This document shows positions 21,161-31,670 of a stretch of DNA of 64,000 nucleotides, one piece after another. The DNA is taken from assembly GCA_963666425.2 (NCBI GenBank), contig OY762825.2, forward strand, positions 1,792,001 through 1,856,000, read 5' to 3'. Below the pieces are notes generated by a model. It saw only the letters and a program-made list of their open reading frames with translations. It was not told the DNA's origin and ran no database searches. The stretch is from Bacillota bacterium (lineage in GTDB: Bacteria; Bacillota; JAAYKD01). Positions within the stretch are counted from its first letter, which is position 1. Every line of letters begins with the position of its first letter. The position numbers and the translations under genes are program-made.

Positions 21161-21930
21161 GCATAGCAGTTCATGTTGAAAATTTAACGGTCTATTACGG
21201 AAAAACACCGGCTGTCACCGAGATTAACCTGGATGTAGAAGATGGCGAATATCTCGGCATCATTGGACCGAACGGCGGTGGAAAATCGACGCTTTTGAAA
21301 GCGATACTCGGTTTGATTCCTATCACCAGCGGTGAAATAACAATTTATGGCAAACCCTTGGCGCAGAACCGGTCATTGGTCAGCTTTGTGCCGCAATTTT
21401 CTTCGATCGATAAATTGTTTCCCATCACGCTGCGTGAAGTGGTTTTATCCGGAAAACTGAAAGCCGAATTGAAACCCTTTTTCCGTTACAGTCGGCAGGA
21501 TAAAATGGAGGTGGAGGCACTTTTGCAGAAAGTCGGTATTCTCGAACTGGCGAACCGCCAGATAGCGGAATTATCCGGCGGTGAATTTCAAAAGATGCTG
21601 ATCGCTCGGGCGCTGGCGGTCAAGCCGAAGCTTTTACTGCTGGATGAACCGACTGCCAGTGTGGATACGAATTCCAGCAGTCAGATTTACAGCTTACTGG
21701 CCGATTTAAATCAAAATATGACGATTATTTTGGTGACGCATGATCTGCTGGCCATCTCTTCTCAAGTGCATCGGCTGGCTTGTCTGAATAATCATTTGGT
21801 TTATCATGGCGAGCCGGAATTAAGCGAGGGGGTTGTCAATACCATGTATGGCTGTCCTGTAGATTTGATTGCGCATGGCGTACCGCATCGGGTGTTGAAA
21901 GAGCATCAAGAGGGTTTGAAAAATGATTAA
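21157..21930 (+). CDS. znuC: Metal ABC transporter ATP-binding protein
   Basis: GPNGGGKST, LSGGE, LLLDEP, VTHD; His-containing tail. Confidence 0.88.
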   Translation: MSIAVHVENLTVYYGKTPAVTEINLDVEDGEYLGIIGPNGGGKSTLLKAILGLIPITSGEITIYGKPLAQNRSLVSFVPQFSSIDKLFPITLREVVLSGKLKAELKPFFRYSRQDKMEVEALLQKVGILELANRQIAELSGGEFQKMLIARALAVKPKLLLLDEPTASVDTNSSSQIYSLLADLNQNMTIILVTHDLLAISSQVHRLACLNNHLVYHGEPELSEGVVNTMYGCPVDLIAHGVPHRVLKEHQEGLKND

Positions 21931-22759
21931 TGCAATTTTACACTATCAATTTATGCAGAATGCTGCGATGGCTGGGATTCTGGCCAGTATCGTTTGCGGG
22001 ATTATCGGTGTGATCATTGTGGAGAAAAAATTGGTGATGATGAGCGGTGGCATCGCCCATACGGCTTACGGTGGGGTGGGCTTAGGCTATCTGCTGGGCT
22101 TTGAACCGATTCTGGGTGCCTTTTTCTTTGCCGTTTGTGCTGCTCTGGGCATCGGTTACATCAATCGCAAAGGCGGGGCGCGTGCCGACATCATCATTGG
22201 TTTGTTTTGGTCGCTGGGTATGGCTCTCGGTATTTTGTTTATTGCTCTGATGCCCGGCTATCCACCGGACCTTAACTCCTATTTGTTTGGTAATATTCTC
22301 TCCGTTACAAAATCGGATTTACGCTTAACTGCTGCCGCTGCCACTTTTGTTGCGCTGATTGTGATTCTGTTCTATCACCATTGGAAAGCATATTTGTTTG
22401 ATGAGCAATTTGCTTCTATCCTTGGAGTCAAGACATCTTTTCTGGAATATTTGCTGTTGATCTTGGTTGCTCTGACCGTGGTTGTGCTGATTCGGGTGGT
22501 TGGTATTATTCTTGTGCTGGCTTTGCTGACGGCACCTGCAGCAACAGCAGGATTGTTGTCTCAAAAGCTGCATCAGCGTATGCTGTATGCGATTTTGCTG
22601 GGCAGTATCTTTTGCATCGCCGGTTTATATTTATCTTATCAGTGGAATATCGCTTCCGGTGCAGTGATTGTGATCCTGTCTGTTGCTTGTTATTTTCTGG
22701 TCTATCTGATCCGGGCTGTCCGCGAGAGATGGCAGCGCCAGCGCATGGCGGTGCAGTAA
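21923..22759 (+). CDS. znuB: Metal ABC transporter permease
   Basis: GGIAHTAYGG, SYLFGNIL, VVGIILV; multi-TM. Confidence 0.88.
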   Translation: MINAILHYQFMQNAAMAGILASIVCGIIGVIIVEKKLVMMSGGIAHTAYGGVGLGYLLGFEPILGAFFFAVCAALGIGYINRKGGARADIIIGLFWSLGMALGILFIALMPGYPPDLNSYLFGNILSVTKSDLRLTAAAATFVALIVILFYHHWKAYLFDEQFASILGVKTSFLEYLLLILVALTVVVLIRVVGIILVLALLTAPAATAGLLSQKLHQRMLYAILLGSIFCIAGLYLSYQWNIASGAVIVILSVACYFLVYLIRAVRERWQRQRMAVQ

Positions 22760-22787
22760 ATTAACCGCAGCGGAAAAGGGAGAACAA

Positions 22788-23234
22788 ATGCAGAATAGAA
22801 ATTACAACGAGGAACTAAAAAAAAGCGGACTGAAAAACACTAAGCAGCGAGCGGCGATTCTGGAAATACTAAAAAAAAGCGATCGGCCCATCACTGCCGA
22901 ACAAGTTTATATTGAGTTGAAAGCGGAAAATATCCCTGCCAATTTATCAACCATTTACCGTAATTTTTCTTTTTTGTGTGAAAAAGAATTGGTCAATAAA
23001 CTAGCAATTACAGGAGAAAACAGCACTTTTTATGAGATCAATCAGTTGTTGCATCGGCATTACCTCGTTTGTCTTGGCTGCAAAAAAGTTTTAGCAATTG
23101 ATGATTGTCCCTTGGAGCGATACGAAGCGCTGCTGGCAGAAGAAACGAATTTCGTCATCACCGGCCACAAATTGGATATTTATGGTTATTGCGCTGAGTG
23201 TCAGAAAAAAGGCTGCCTGCGGGCGGACAAATAA
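22788..23234 (+). CDS. zur: Fur-family regulator, probably Zur
   Basis: TKQRAAIL, LSTIYR, HRHYLVCLGC, GYCAEC; co-transcribed with znuACB. Confidence 0.8.
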   Translation: MQNRNYNEELKKSGLKNTKQRAAILEILKKSDRPITAEQVYIELKAENIPANLSTIYRNFSFLCEKELVNKLAITGENSTFYEINQLLHRHYLVCLGCKKVLAIDDCPLERYEALLAEETNFVITGHKLDIYGYCAECQKKGCLRADK

Positions 23235-23240
23235 AAATTC

Positions 23241-23268
23241 TTGACATGGGCTGTATTTAATCTATAAT
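23241..23268 (+). promoter_or_regulatory. Sigma-A promoter for ferritin-like gene
   Basis: TTGACA-16 bp-TATAAT. Confidence 0.65.
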
Positions 23269-23393
23269 AAGCAGAGAAGCTGGGAATGAATCCAGAGAAA
23301 TTTGCAGTTATCGCTAGAAAATAAGAAAGATTCTATTTTCATGGAGTTCAATACCGATTTGGTATTGTCTATAAAAAGAGGAGGTGTTTTCCA

Positions 23394-23702
23394 GTGCCTG
23401 ATTTCGGTCAACCGTTTTCCGGTCTCGCCAAGAAACAAATGCTCAGCAAAGAAGAATTGATCCGGGCAATACGCTTCATGGTTGCGGGTGAGTATGAAGC
23501 AATTCAGCTCTATACGCAATTGGCAGAATCCACCGACAATGAACTGGCCATCGAAGTACTAAAAGATATTGCCGATGAAGAGAAAGTCCATGCAGGCGAA
23601 TTCTTGAGACTGCTGAAAGAATTGGCTCCCACCGAAGAAAAATTCTATGCAGAAGGCGCAAAAGAAGTCGAAACAGAGATCGCTAAGCTAAAAAAGAAAT
23701 AG
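23394..23702 (+). CDS. Small ferritin-like protein (rubrerythrin/encapsulated-ferritin type)
   Basis: GTG after GAGGAGG; EYEAIQLY and DEEKVHAGEF di-iron ligand helices. Confidence 0.8.
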   Translation: MPDFGQPFSGLAKKQMLSKEELIRAIRFMVAGEYEAIQLYTQLAESTDNELAIEVLKDIADEEKVHAGEFLRLLKELAPTEEKFYAEGAKEVETEIAKLKKK

Positions 23703-23707
23703 GTTTT

Positions 23708-23755
23708 AAACAAAAGGGAAGAGAAGACCACCAGGTCTTCTCTTCCCTTTTGTTT
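23708..23755. terminator. Bidirectional terminator
   Basis: Perfect 22-bp stem AAACAAAAGGGAAGAGAAGACC-acca-GGTCTTCTCTTCCCTTTTGTTT between convergent genes. Confidence 0.88.
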
Positions 23756-23765
23756 TACCTTACGT

Positions 23766-24782
23766 CTAGACGATTCTTTGATAAAAACGGATGATAAAAC
23801 AGCATCCTCCGCTGAGCTGGTTCTCGGCCTTAATGGTTCCATTTTGTCGGTTGATAATGGCTCGGGCCAACGCTAAACCGATACCGATACTGTTTTCACC
23901 GGCATTTTTTCCTTTATAAAAACGTTGGAAGATGTACGGCAAATCAACCGGGTCAATACCGCTGCCGTTATCGCAAATTTTTATTTCGGCATACAAGGGA
24001 TTATGCAGACAGGCAGCAGTAATATTGCCGCCGTTCGGTGTGTGTTCCATGCAGTTTTTCAGAATATTACCGATCGCTTCCAGACTCCAGGCAAAATCGC
24101 CCCGAAAAGATGCGCCTTTGTCACCGCTGATCTGCAGGTTCTGATCACGCAGTTCCATTTGAATGGCCAAAGGTTTGGCCGCGCTGTTCAGCAGTTCGAT
24201 TGCTGATACCGGTTTTTCCTGAAAAACAGCGACACCGATGTCCAAGCGCGAGAATTTTAAGAGTGCGCTAATTAGCCAGTCCATCCGTTTTAAAAGTGCG
24301 GAAGCTTCCCGCAGTAATTGCAGATGTCTTTCTTCTGTAAGATCATCTTGATGTAAAAAAGAACAGATCAGCTGCAGCGAAGTCAGCGGTGTCCGCAGTT
24401 GGTGAGAGATATCCGCAATGGATTCTCCCAGCAGGATCTTATCCTGTTTCAGACTATCCGCCTGATCCCGCAGACGCAGCGTCATTTTGCTCAACTCACT
24501 TCTCAGGAGAGAGAGTTCGCCTTCTTCGTGATCCTCAATGTTCAAGGCATCTTCTCCATGCAGAATGCGATCCAGCAATTGACTTAAATCTGCGAGAGCG
24601 CGGTAGCGTTTCCGCGTGAAAAAAAGAGTGAGTAGGCAAAGCAAGGCAGAACTGGCGAGAACCAAGAAACCGGCTGGTTTTTGTAAATAGAATCCGTAGG
24701 TTGCTGCCAATAGGGTGATACCGATCCAACTGAAAAACAGCTGTCTCAATTCGGCATTGCGCCATAACAGGGACCATTTCAT
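23766..24782 (-). CDS. Intramembrane-sensing-type histidine kinase
   Basis: Two TMs with a very short loop; H-box ISHQLRTPLT; NILKNCMEH, DNGSGI, GIGLALA. Confidence 0.9.
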   Translation of the reverse strand: MKWSLLWRNAELRQLFFSWIGITLLAATYGFYLQKPAGFLVLASSALLCLLTLFFTRKRYRALADLSQLLDRILHGEDALNIEDHEEGELSLLRSELSKMTLRLRDQADSLKQDKILLGESIADISHQLRTPLTSLQLICSFLHQDDLTEERHLQLLREASALLKRMDWLISALLKFSRLDIGVAVFQEKPVSAIELLNSAAKPLAIQMELRDQNLQISGDKGASFRGDFAWSLEAIGNILKNCMEHTPNGGNITAACLHNPLYAEIKICDNGSGIDPVDLPYIFQRFYKGKNAGENSIGIGLALARAIINRQNGTIKAENQLSGGCCFIIRFYQRIV

Positions 24783-24805
24783 GTCGCTTCCCGGCTTTCT
24801 TTTTT

Positions 24806-25475
24806 TTAGTCGTAACGGTAACCCAGTCCGCGTACTGTTTTTATGATGGTAGGATTGGACGGATCTTCTTCAATTTTTTCGCGCAGCCGTTTGATGTAAA
24901 CGGTCAGCGTATTATCATTGACAAATTCTCCGGCAATATCCCAGAGGTTTTCCAACAAACGGTTGCGGGATAACACGCTGCCTTTATGATTGAAAAAAAT
25001 CAACAGCAGTCGGTATTCTAGGGCAGAAAGATAAACTTCTTTATTTTGTTTTGTCACGGTTCCGCGTATGGTGTCGATTTGCAGATCACCCATGCAAGCC
25101 GGTATTTGCAGCTTTTCGTTTTTGCGCAGGGCGGATTTGAGGCGTGAGATTAATTCCATCGGTCGGAATGGTTTGGCAATATAATCATCACCACCCAAAT
25201 CCAATCCCGTCACCACGCTCACTTCATCGGCAGAAGCGCTGAGGAAGATCACCGGTGTATGACCAAGCCGTTTGGCAGCGGTGCAAACGGCAAAGCCATT
25301 GCCGTCCGGCAAAGTGACATCGAGCAGAATCAAATCGATTGGTTCCTGTTGTAAACAATGCAAAGCAGCCTGTTGGCCGGTGGCTGTCAGCACAGCAAAG
25401 CCTTCCTGATGCAAGCAGGGTTGTTAAATTATTGATGATACTCTGATCGTCTTCCACCAATAGGATCCGTTTCAT
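24806..25475 (-). pseudogene. OmpR-family response regulator with a 1-nt frameshift near codon 21
   Basis: AAGGAG RBS and MKRILLVEDDQSIINNLTTLL in one frame; continuation HQEGFAV...LLDVTLPDGNG...DDYIAKPF...TVRGLGY in another; one extra base at about 25412-25415. Confidence 0.8.
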
Positions 25476-25595
25476 GGTTTCACTCCTTATGCTACGGGAT
25501 TCCCCTCATTTTCTGCCCAGCAACAGGCTCAGAAAGCGCAGGATAATTTCTTTATTCGTCAGTCAGAAAGGAAAAACCTTGGCAGCTGACTGAGC

Positions 25596-25629
25596 AAAAG
25601 CCTCAATGTGCCGGCACATTGAGGCTTTT
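25596..25629 (-). terminator. Terminator of MFP-ABC-SLH operon
   Basis: Perfect 34-bp palindrome AAAAGCCTCAATGTGCC/GGCACATTGAGGCTTTT 14 nt past the stop. Confidence 0.8.
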
Positions 25630-25643
25630 CTGGATTAGTGGAA

Positions 25644-27932
25644 TTATTTGGCAATCAGAAAAACAACCTGCCCGCCGTCTTCCAGGGGACGATCAAGATA
25701 AGCCACAAAGGAAGTATTATTTGCTCTGGCTGCCGTCATGGAAATAAATTGCTTGAGATCGGCGGCGTAAATTTGCATTGTCTCGCTGAATTTCAAGTAA
25801 GCAGAACCCATGTGGAGTCCTTTGCTGCCATCGAAGTTTTTGTTGCTGACGGTAGCATATTTTTCCAATGCCGTCATTTGGAAGCTTTTAAAGCTGCTGT
25901 AGCTATCCATTCCGGTTGGGACTTTCATGGGATCGAGGGTGCTTCGATCGGTAAATCGTGGTACTGTATAGGTCAAATCTCCATTCATTTGCTGCAGCCA
26001 AACGCGATACCCGGTATTTGCCTCATAAACATTACCGGAATCATCGTAGAGTGTTTCAATGATTGCACTGTATTTCAGCATTCCGTACTGCCAGCCTTTG
26101 CCCGTTACGTCAGCCAGGATGATCGTACTGACGGCTCCGACGGAATTGCTGATGGTATGGCGAATCTGGGCATTTTCAACCATGTTCGAGGGGATATCAG
26201 AAAGATTCACTAAAATCAAAGGTGCATCTGCACTGACCTGTTCGTAAATTTTTACATTGGCAGCGACTTTGCTGGCGCCAATGGTTTTCTCGCTGAGATT
26301 CCAATCACCAATGGTTTTATTACTGTAATTTACCGGTTGGATGCTGAGATACTCGTTATTTGCTTGCTGAGTCACAGTGACCAGCTGACCATGGGAAAGC
26401 AGCAATTCATTGACGTAACCGCGGCTGATGGTGTAAGCGCTGCCGAAACTGCTGAGGTTCGCAATGCCGCTGACGGAAATCCCATTTTGCAATTCTACTA
26501 CTGCGTTGCCGGCAGGTGAAATACTTTTCAAAATACCGGTCATCTGGCAATTTACTTCATTGACCGGGAAAGCGCCTGCCACCTTGTTGTTGACGTCAAA
26601 AAGTAAAACGATTTGCTGATGTAAACGCAGAACAGCGAAGGTCTCGGCTGCGGCTTCGTTGATCAGGAAGTCATGACCGAAGACAGTAATCGTTTCCGGA
26701 TAATTGTAGATGGGTGAACCGGATTGATAGTAACCTTTGAAACGGGCATCACTGACATAATAGATACCGGTTTGTCCATCGAAAGAGACAACATCGTAGG
26801 GATAGACGCCCAAAGACGAAATCTCTACTCCATTTTTGATCACTTTGGCATTCAGTGGTATGCGTTCGTCGCTGTTGATCCCATAAATGAAACTGTAAGC
26901 AATGGCTTTGCTTGTGGTTGCACTGATCAAGTCGATGCTGCCATAATCATCGTAATAGAGGCGGACCGTTTGTTCCGGCAATAAATTATACCAACCGGCG
27001 GAATAAGTGGTCAGTTGACCATCCACGAAAACAGCGGTGGCACGCGGGATTTTATAAGTGGCATTGCTGAGGACCAGCCGGTCGGCGTAGGCATTCAACA
27101 CGGTCGCTTCGCTGAAATTGCGTTGGCTCGGCAGGAACCCGATGACATTGGCGGAGCTGTCACGATCAAAAATCAAACGTCCTTTACTGCCTAAGAAGCT
27201 GAGCGGGAGATCGGACTGCATAAAGTATTCTACAACGGAGCCGTTGACGGAAAATTCGGCTCGTCCTTTACTCAATTCAGAAGAAGTTTGCCAAGTGCGC
27301 AGCAATAAGGCGTTTTCTGTGATGTTGCTGTAAATGCTGTATAAAAAATCAGTTCCGGCTTTGGTTTTCGTATTCAGCAGATTCCAGGCAAGCAAGGCCG
27401 CTTTGCTGCGGGAAAGCGAGTCATTGGCTGCCAGTGTAATTCCTGCTGTTAAGGCAATTTGCTCCGCTTTGTCCAGATAATTCTCCGGCCAAAAGGGGCC
27501 GATCTCACTGACGCCATAACCAAGCACATTGAGCAGAATGGTAACAGCCTGGCTATAGGTAATTTCGGCGTTCGGTCGGAAGCTGCCATCGGGGAAACCG
27601 CGGATAATATTATATTTGCGTACCGCAGCATTGATATAAGGCGCTTCCGCTAATGTGCTTTTTACATCCGGAAAAATCGTAAACGTGTTGTAAACGAGCA
27701 TGTCGTTAAAACCCAGCATTTTTACCACCATCCGGGTGAATTCCGCTCGCCGCATGATTTGATTCTCCGAGAAGGTATCCTCGTTTTCTTCTGTCATAAA
27801 ACCCAAGGAGACCATCGCTTCTGCAGCTGCGTTTTCTTTGGCATCGCTGATATCATGATAGGCCAAAACACTGCCACTGCATAAGACCAGAACCGTGAGG
27901 GTCAGGATGAGAAACCAATGGTATTGTTTCAT
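25644..27932 (-). CDS. Secreted protein with N-terminal SLH repeats and beta-rich C-terminal region
   Basis: GGAGG RBS; signal peptide VLA-Y; MRRAEF, IIRGFPDGSFRPNAEITYSQA, LSRSKAA. Confidence 0.8.
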   Translation of the reverse strand: MKQYHWFLILTLTVLVLCSGSVLAYHDISDAKENAAAEAMVSLGFMTEENEDTFSENQIMRRAEFTRMVVKMLGFNDMLVYNTFTIFPDVKSTLAEAPYINAAVRKYNIIRGFPDGSFRPNAEITYSQAVTILLNVLGYGVSEIGPFWPENYLDKAEQIALTAGITLAANDSLSRSKAALLAWNLLNTKTKAGTDFLYSIYSNITENALLLRTWQTSSELSKGRAEFSVNGSVVEYFMQSDLPLSFLGSKGRLIFDRDSSANVIGFLPSQRNFSEATVLNAYADRLVLSNATYKIPRATAVFVDGQLTTYSAGWYNLLPEQTVRLYYDDYGSIDLISATTSKAIAYSFIYGINSDERIPLNAKVIKNGVEISSLGVYPYDVVSFDGQTGIYYVSDARFKGYYQSGSPIYNYPETITVFGHDFLINEAAAETFAVLRLHQQIVLLFDVNNKVAGAFPVNEVNCQMTGILKSISPAGNAVVELQNGISVSGIANLSSFGSAYTISRGYVNELLLSHGQLVTVTQQANNEYLSIQPVNYSNKTIGDWNLSEKTIGASKVAANVKIYEQVSADAPLILVNLSDIPSNMVENAQIRHTISNSVGAVSTIILADVTGKGWQYGMLKYSAIIETLYDDSGNVYEANTGYRVWLQQMNGDLTYTVPRFTDRSTLDPMKVPTGMDSYSSFKSFQMTALEKYATVSNKNFDGSKGLHMGSAYLKFSETMQIYAADLKQFISMTAARANNTSFVAYLDRPLEDGGQVVFLIAK

Positions 27933-27948
27933 TGTTCAAATTACCTCC

Positions 27949-29124
27949 TTATTGACTGCGCAGAGCCTCGATGGGATGCATTTTGGAAGCCTTATTGGCC
28001 GGATAAAAACCGAAGAAGACGCCCAGAACGGCGGAGAAGAGGAAAGCGCCCAACATAATCAATGGGGAAGGAATGAGAATCACCTTAAGCAGGGCGGCTC
28101 CGGCTACGATGGAACCCAAGGTACCAACACCGATCCCCAGCAAACCACCAAACGCGCTGACCGTAGCTGCTTCAATCAGAAACTGAGCAATAATATCTTT
28201 GCGTCTGGCACCGATGGCAGTGCGGATCCCGATTTCACGGGTTCGTTCGGTGACGGAGACCAGCATAATGTTCATGATGCCAATACCGCCGACCATTAAG
28301 GAAATACCGGCGATCCCGCCGACTACCATACTCATCATCTTGGTACTTTCGCTCATCTGATCGCGCCATTCATTCTGAGAATAAACATTATAGAACCATT
28401 CCTGACTGAATTTGGATTGTAAGAACGTTTTAATCAAGGCAATGGCCGTTTCGGTTGAATCAGAGTCTTTGGCTTTGGCAATATAACCATTGATGGCTGA
28501 ACTGGAACTGAAGGTTCGCATTAAGGTGTAGGGCATGACCATCAGATCATCCATAGACCAGCGGGCGCCATCACTTTTGGCTTCATAAATGCCGATGACA
28601 ATCACGTCTTCGCCCATGATCTTGATCGATTTGCCGACTGCGTCTTCCAAACCAAACAGTTCTTTGCGGATGCGTTCGCCAATGATCGCAACCTTGACGC
28701 GGTTTTTGATATCGGCGTAAGAAAGATCACGGCCGGCGACAATTTTATAGCCCATACAATCACTGTACTGATCATTACCAAAATAGACTGTCGTATCATC
28801 CAGAGACTTGGATCGAAATTTCACACGGTTGACCATTGTCTGACTGCTGGGGGTGACGGCTTCGATGTAATCCGATAAACCCAAACAATATTCAAATAAA
28901 TCAGCGGAAATATTCGCGTTTTCATCCCATACATTGATAGAAATCGTATCCTGGGCCATAGAATAGAATTGCTCCATTTGCTTTTGCGTGTAGCCACTGA
29001 TCAAGGTTACCAAAATGATCACCGAGCTGACACCAATAATGATGCCAAGCATCGTCAAGAAAGAACGCATTTTATTGGAGAAGATTGATTTCATAGCCAT
29101 GGTGAAGGTTCGCAGCATGCTCAA
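27949..29124 (-). CDS. MacB/FtsX-type ABC permease
   Basis: RSFLTMLGIIIG, VGGIGIMNIMLVSVTERTREIGIR, YPANKAS. Confidence 0.92.
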   Translation of the reverse strand: MSMLRTFTMAMKSIFSNKMRSFLTMLGIIIGVSSVIILVTLISGYTQKQMEQFYSMAQDTISINVWDENANISADLFEYCLGLSDYIEAVTPSSQTMVNRVKFRSKSLDDTTVYFGNDQYSDCMGYKIVAGRDLSYADIKNRVKVAIIGERIRKELFGLEDAVGKSIKIMGEDVIVIGIYEAKSDGARWSMDDLMVMPYTLMRTFSSSSAINGYIAKAKDSDSTETAIALIKTFLQSKFSQEWFYNVYSQNEWRDQMSESTKMMSMVVGGIAGISLMVGGIGIMNIMLVSVTERTREIGIRTAIGARRKDIIAQFLIEAATVSAFGGLLGIGVGTLGSIVAGAALLKVILIPSPLIMLGAFLFSAVLGVFFGFYPANKASKMHPIEALRSQ

Positions 29125-29843
29125 GAGAAGACCCCCTCTCCGGTCAGGCGTTCGCTGCCAAGCAGGCGATCGCGAATCAATTTCCCATCCTGCAGGGTGA
29201 TCAGGCGTTTGGCCATTTTGGCTAAATTCTGATCATGTGTGATGAGTAAAACCGTGTTGCCGAGCTCGTTTAGCTCGATCAATTTATGCATAATTTCAGC
29301 ACCGGAATGGGAATCCAGGTTGCCGGTTGGTTCATCTGCCATGATAATCGGTGGTTGCGTCACGATGGCACGTGCAATCGCAACGCGCTGCTGCTGTCCG
29401 CCGGACATTTCACTGGGATGATGATACATACGCTCCAGTAATCCCACTTCATCCAAGGCTTCGGCCACCATCTCGCGGCGTTCATTCCTCTTGATACCCT
29501 GATAGATCAAAGGCAGTTCGACATTTTCAAAAGCAGTCAGGGTATGGATCAGATTAAAACCCTGAAAAATAAAACCGATTTCTCTGCTGCGAATCCGGCT
29601 GAGGGTGGAAGGTTTCATTTCATTGACGGCAGTACCTTCCAGTAAATACTCCCCGTAAGTAGGAATATCAAGACAGCCGAGGATATTCATTAAGGTGGAT
29701 TTACCGGAACCGGATTGGCCTAAGACGGCGAGAAATTCACCCTTTTCAACGGTCAGAGAAACATCGTCCAGCGCCCGCACTTCAGCCTCGGAATCTTCAT
29801 TGTAGATTTTACTGATGTGACGAGCATCAATCAGGTAAGACAT
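29121..29843 (-). CDS. LolD/MacB-type ABC ATP-binding protein
   Basis: [36 protein letters not shown]. Confidence 0.93.
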   Translation of the reverse strand: MSYLIDARHISKIYNEDSEAEVRALDDVSLTVEKGEFLAVLGQSGSGKSTLMNILGCLDIPTYGEYLLEGTAVNEMKPSTLSRIRSREIGFIFQGFNLIHTLTAFENVELPLIYQGIKRNERREMVAEALDEVGLLERMYHHPSEMSGGQQQRVAIARAIVTQPPIIMADEPTGNLDSHSGAEIMHKLIELNELGNTVLLITHDQNLAKMAKRLITLQDGKLIRDRLLGSERLTGEGVFS

Positions 29844-29859
29844 GTCATCCCCCCGTTTT

Positions 29860-31557
29860 TTATTTGATGATTACACCATTCATACCAGGCGTTAGGCTCT
29901 GTTCCAGATAAACTTCCGTACCCTCGCTAATACCTTCCAGGATTTCAGTATTGTTGGCATCGGAAAGTCCGATGCTGACCGGCACGGCCACAAATCCTTT
30001 CGGCAAGCTGTCGGAAGGAATTTCTAAAACGGTATACTGCGCTGCGGTTTCAGCCCTTACGAAGACAGCGGGGCCGAATTCTGTATTGATGATGGCAGAA
30101 CTAGCCACCATCAGACAATCTTGATGCGTTACCGCGCTAATCGTATAGGATACTCCCATACCCGGCATCAATCCACCGGGATTGTGAAGGGTGATGGTTG
30201 CCGGAAAATAAGCCGCGCTGCCTTTGCCTCCGGAGGAAGAGGCGACATAACTCAGCGTAGAAATCTTACCCTCCAGATAAACCGGGCCCTCCGTTTGATC
30301 GAATGAAACACTCACCGGCATACCAACGCTGACCTTGGAGATGTCGACTTCGTCGATATTTGTTTCGATCGTCATTTGCGACAGATCGGCAATCGTCATG
30401 ACTGCGGTGCCGGATCCGGTGAGTTTATCACCGGCTTCGACGACAAGCCCAGTGATCATGCCATTAATCGGACTGAGCTGTACGGTTTGCTGCACCTGTT
30501 CATAATATTCACTGACCAGTTTATTTTGCTCCGTAAGCGTACGGTTTTCTTCTTCTAATTCTTTCACCAAACTATTGCTGCTGCAGGAGAGCAGTAAAGT
30601 ATCGGCGGCATAATCGTAATACTGATTGATCGCGCTGGTCAGACATTCACCGCTGGTTTTCGCGGCAAGAGTTGCTTCCTGTAAGTATTTCAGGCTGCCG
30701 GTATCGTAAGGCAACAGCCGTTCTCCGCTGTCAGCGATGAGGTAGGCGGTTGCCGCCATATTTTCACTTAAGGTTCCCGGATTATTCATTTCTATATTGA
30801 CACGGAAACAAACAGTGCCATCGGCATTGACTTTGCGAATTTTCTCCACCGATTCGACCCAGCCGGGCAAAGAAGTCATGCTGCCAGGGACCGATACGGT
30901 GACAGGCATTTCCGCTCTGATCTCATTGAGATAGCCATAACTAAAGTATAAAGCCAGTTTCATGACGGAATCATCGACCAAGCGGCCAAGTGCGGTGCCC
31001 GCTGCTACGTATTCACCGGGTTTCAGGGTAGTTGCTTCTACCAAGTGACCATTGAAGGGAGCGTATGTATTGAGATTTTCTAGATCCTGGTTGAGTAAAC
31101 GGACCCGCTCAAGGATTTGGTTTTGCGTTTTCACGGCAGCGGTTAATTTTGTGCGGGCATCTTCGGGATCTACCGCAAAAAGCATATCTCCTTTTTGAAC
31201 CACGCCGCCGGCTTGGACATACAGTTCGGTAACCGTACCAATAACTTTGCCGCCGATATCCGCTTTTTCTTTCGGGGCAGCCGTTCCCCAACCGGTAATA
31301 TTGGCACCCAGCGTGCCGCGCATGACAAAGCCGGTGCTGATCTCTTTTTCGCCGGAAGCCTCTTTCAATAGGTGATTGACCAGGTACCAACCGCCAAAAA
31401 TGAATGCAGTCAAGAGGACGATGGCGATGGCGGCTTTTACCCGGTTGGATAAGCCTTTTTTGTGCTGTTTTTCATAAGCTGCATACTTGTTGCGAGTAAT
31501 CTGCGCTTTGTCGGGGGCTGTTTCTGTTGTTTCGGGAATCGCTGGTTCTTGGGACAA
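29860..31557 (-). CDS. Membrane fusion protein (HlyD/MacA-like adaptor), elongated
   Basis: TTG after AGGAGGAG; single N-terminal TM; repeated lipoyl-like segments (GTVTELYVQAGGVVQKGD, APFNGH, SPINGMITGLVVEAGD); IDEVDISKVSVG; EILEGISEG. Confidence 0.85.
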   Translation of the reverse strand: MSQEPAIPETTETAPDKAQITRNKYAAYEKQHKKGLSNRVKAAIAIVLLTAFIFGGWYLVNHLLKEASGEKEISTGFVMRGTLGANITGWGTAAPKEKADIGGKVIGTVTELYVQAGGVVQKGDMLFAVDPEDARTKLTAAVKTQNQILERVRLLNQDLENLNTYAPFNGHLVEATTLKPGEYVAAGTALGRLVDDSVMKLALYFSYGYLNEIRAEMPVTVSVPGSMTSLPGWVESVEKIRKVNADGTVCFRVNIEMNNPGTLSENMAATAYLIADSGERLLPYDTGSLKYLQEATLAAKTSGECLTSAINQYYDYAADTLLLSCSSNSLVKELEEENRTLTEQNKLVSEYYEQVQQTVQLSPINGMITGLVVEAGDKLTGSGTAVMTIADLSQMTIETNIDEVDISKVSVGMPVSVSFDQTEGPVYLEGKISTLSYVASSSGGKGSAAYFPATITLHNPGGLMPGMGVSYTISAVTHQDCLMVASSAIINTEFGPAVFVRAETAAQYTVLEIPSDSLPKGFVAVPVSIGLSDANNTEILEGISEGTEVYLEQSLTPGMNGVIIK

Positions 31558-31670
31558 AAAAATCTCCTCCTTGCCTTATGCTGTACTAAAAATGGACGCA
31601 TCATGAATAGAAAATGTTTCATGAATGGAGAAATAATTACAAATTTACTAAAAAATAATTAACATACCGA

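Noticed and set aside
25405-25420. Programmed +1 frameshift at CTT-G in the RR gene
   Set aside because: No stop or rare codon in the A site and no internal SD as in prfB; mutation or sequencing error is simpler.
23708-25629. Long perfect inverted repeats at 23708 and 25596 as MITE or IS ends around the two-component genes
   Set aside because: The two hairpins are unrelated in sequence, with no target duplication or transposase; both sit where terminators are expected.
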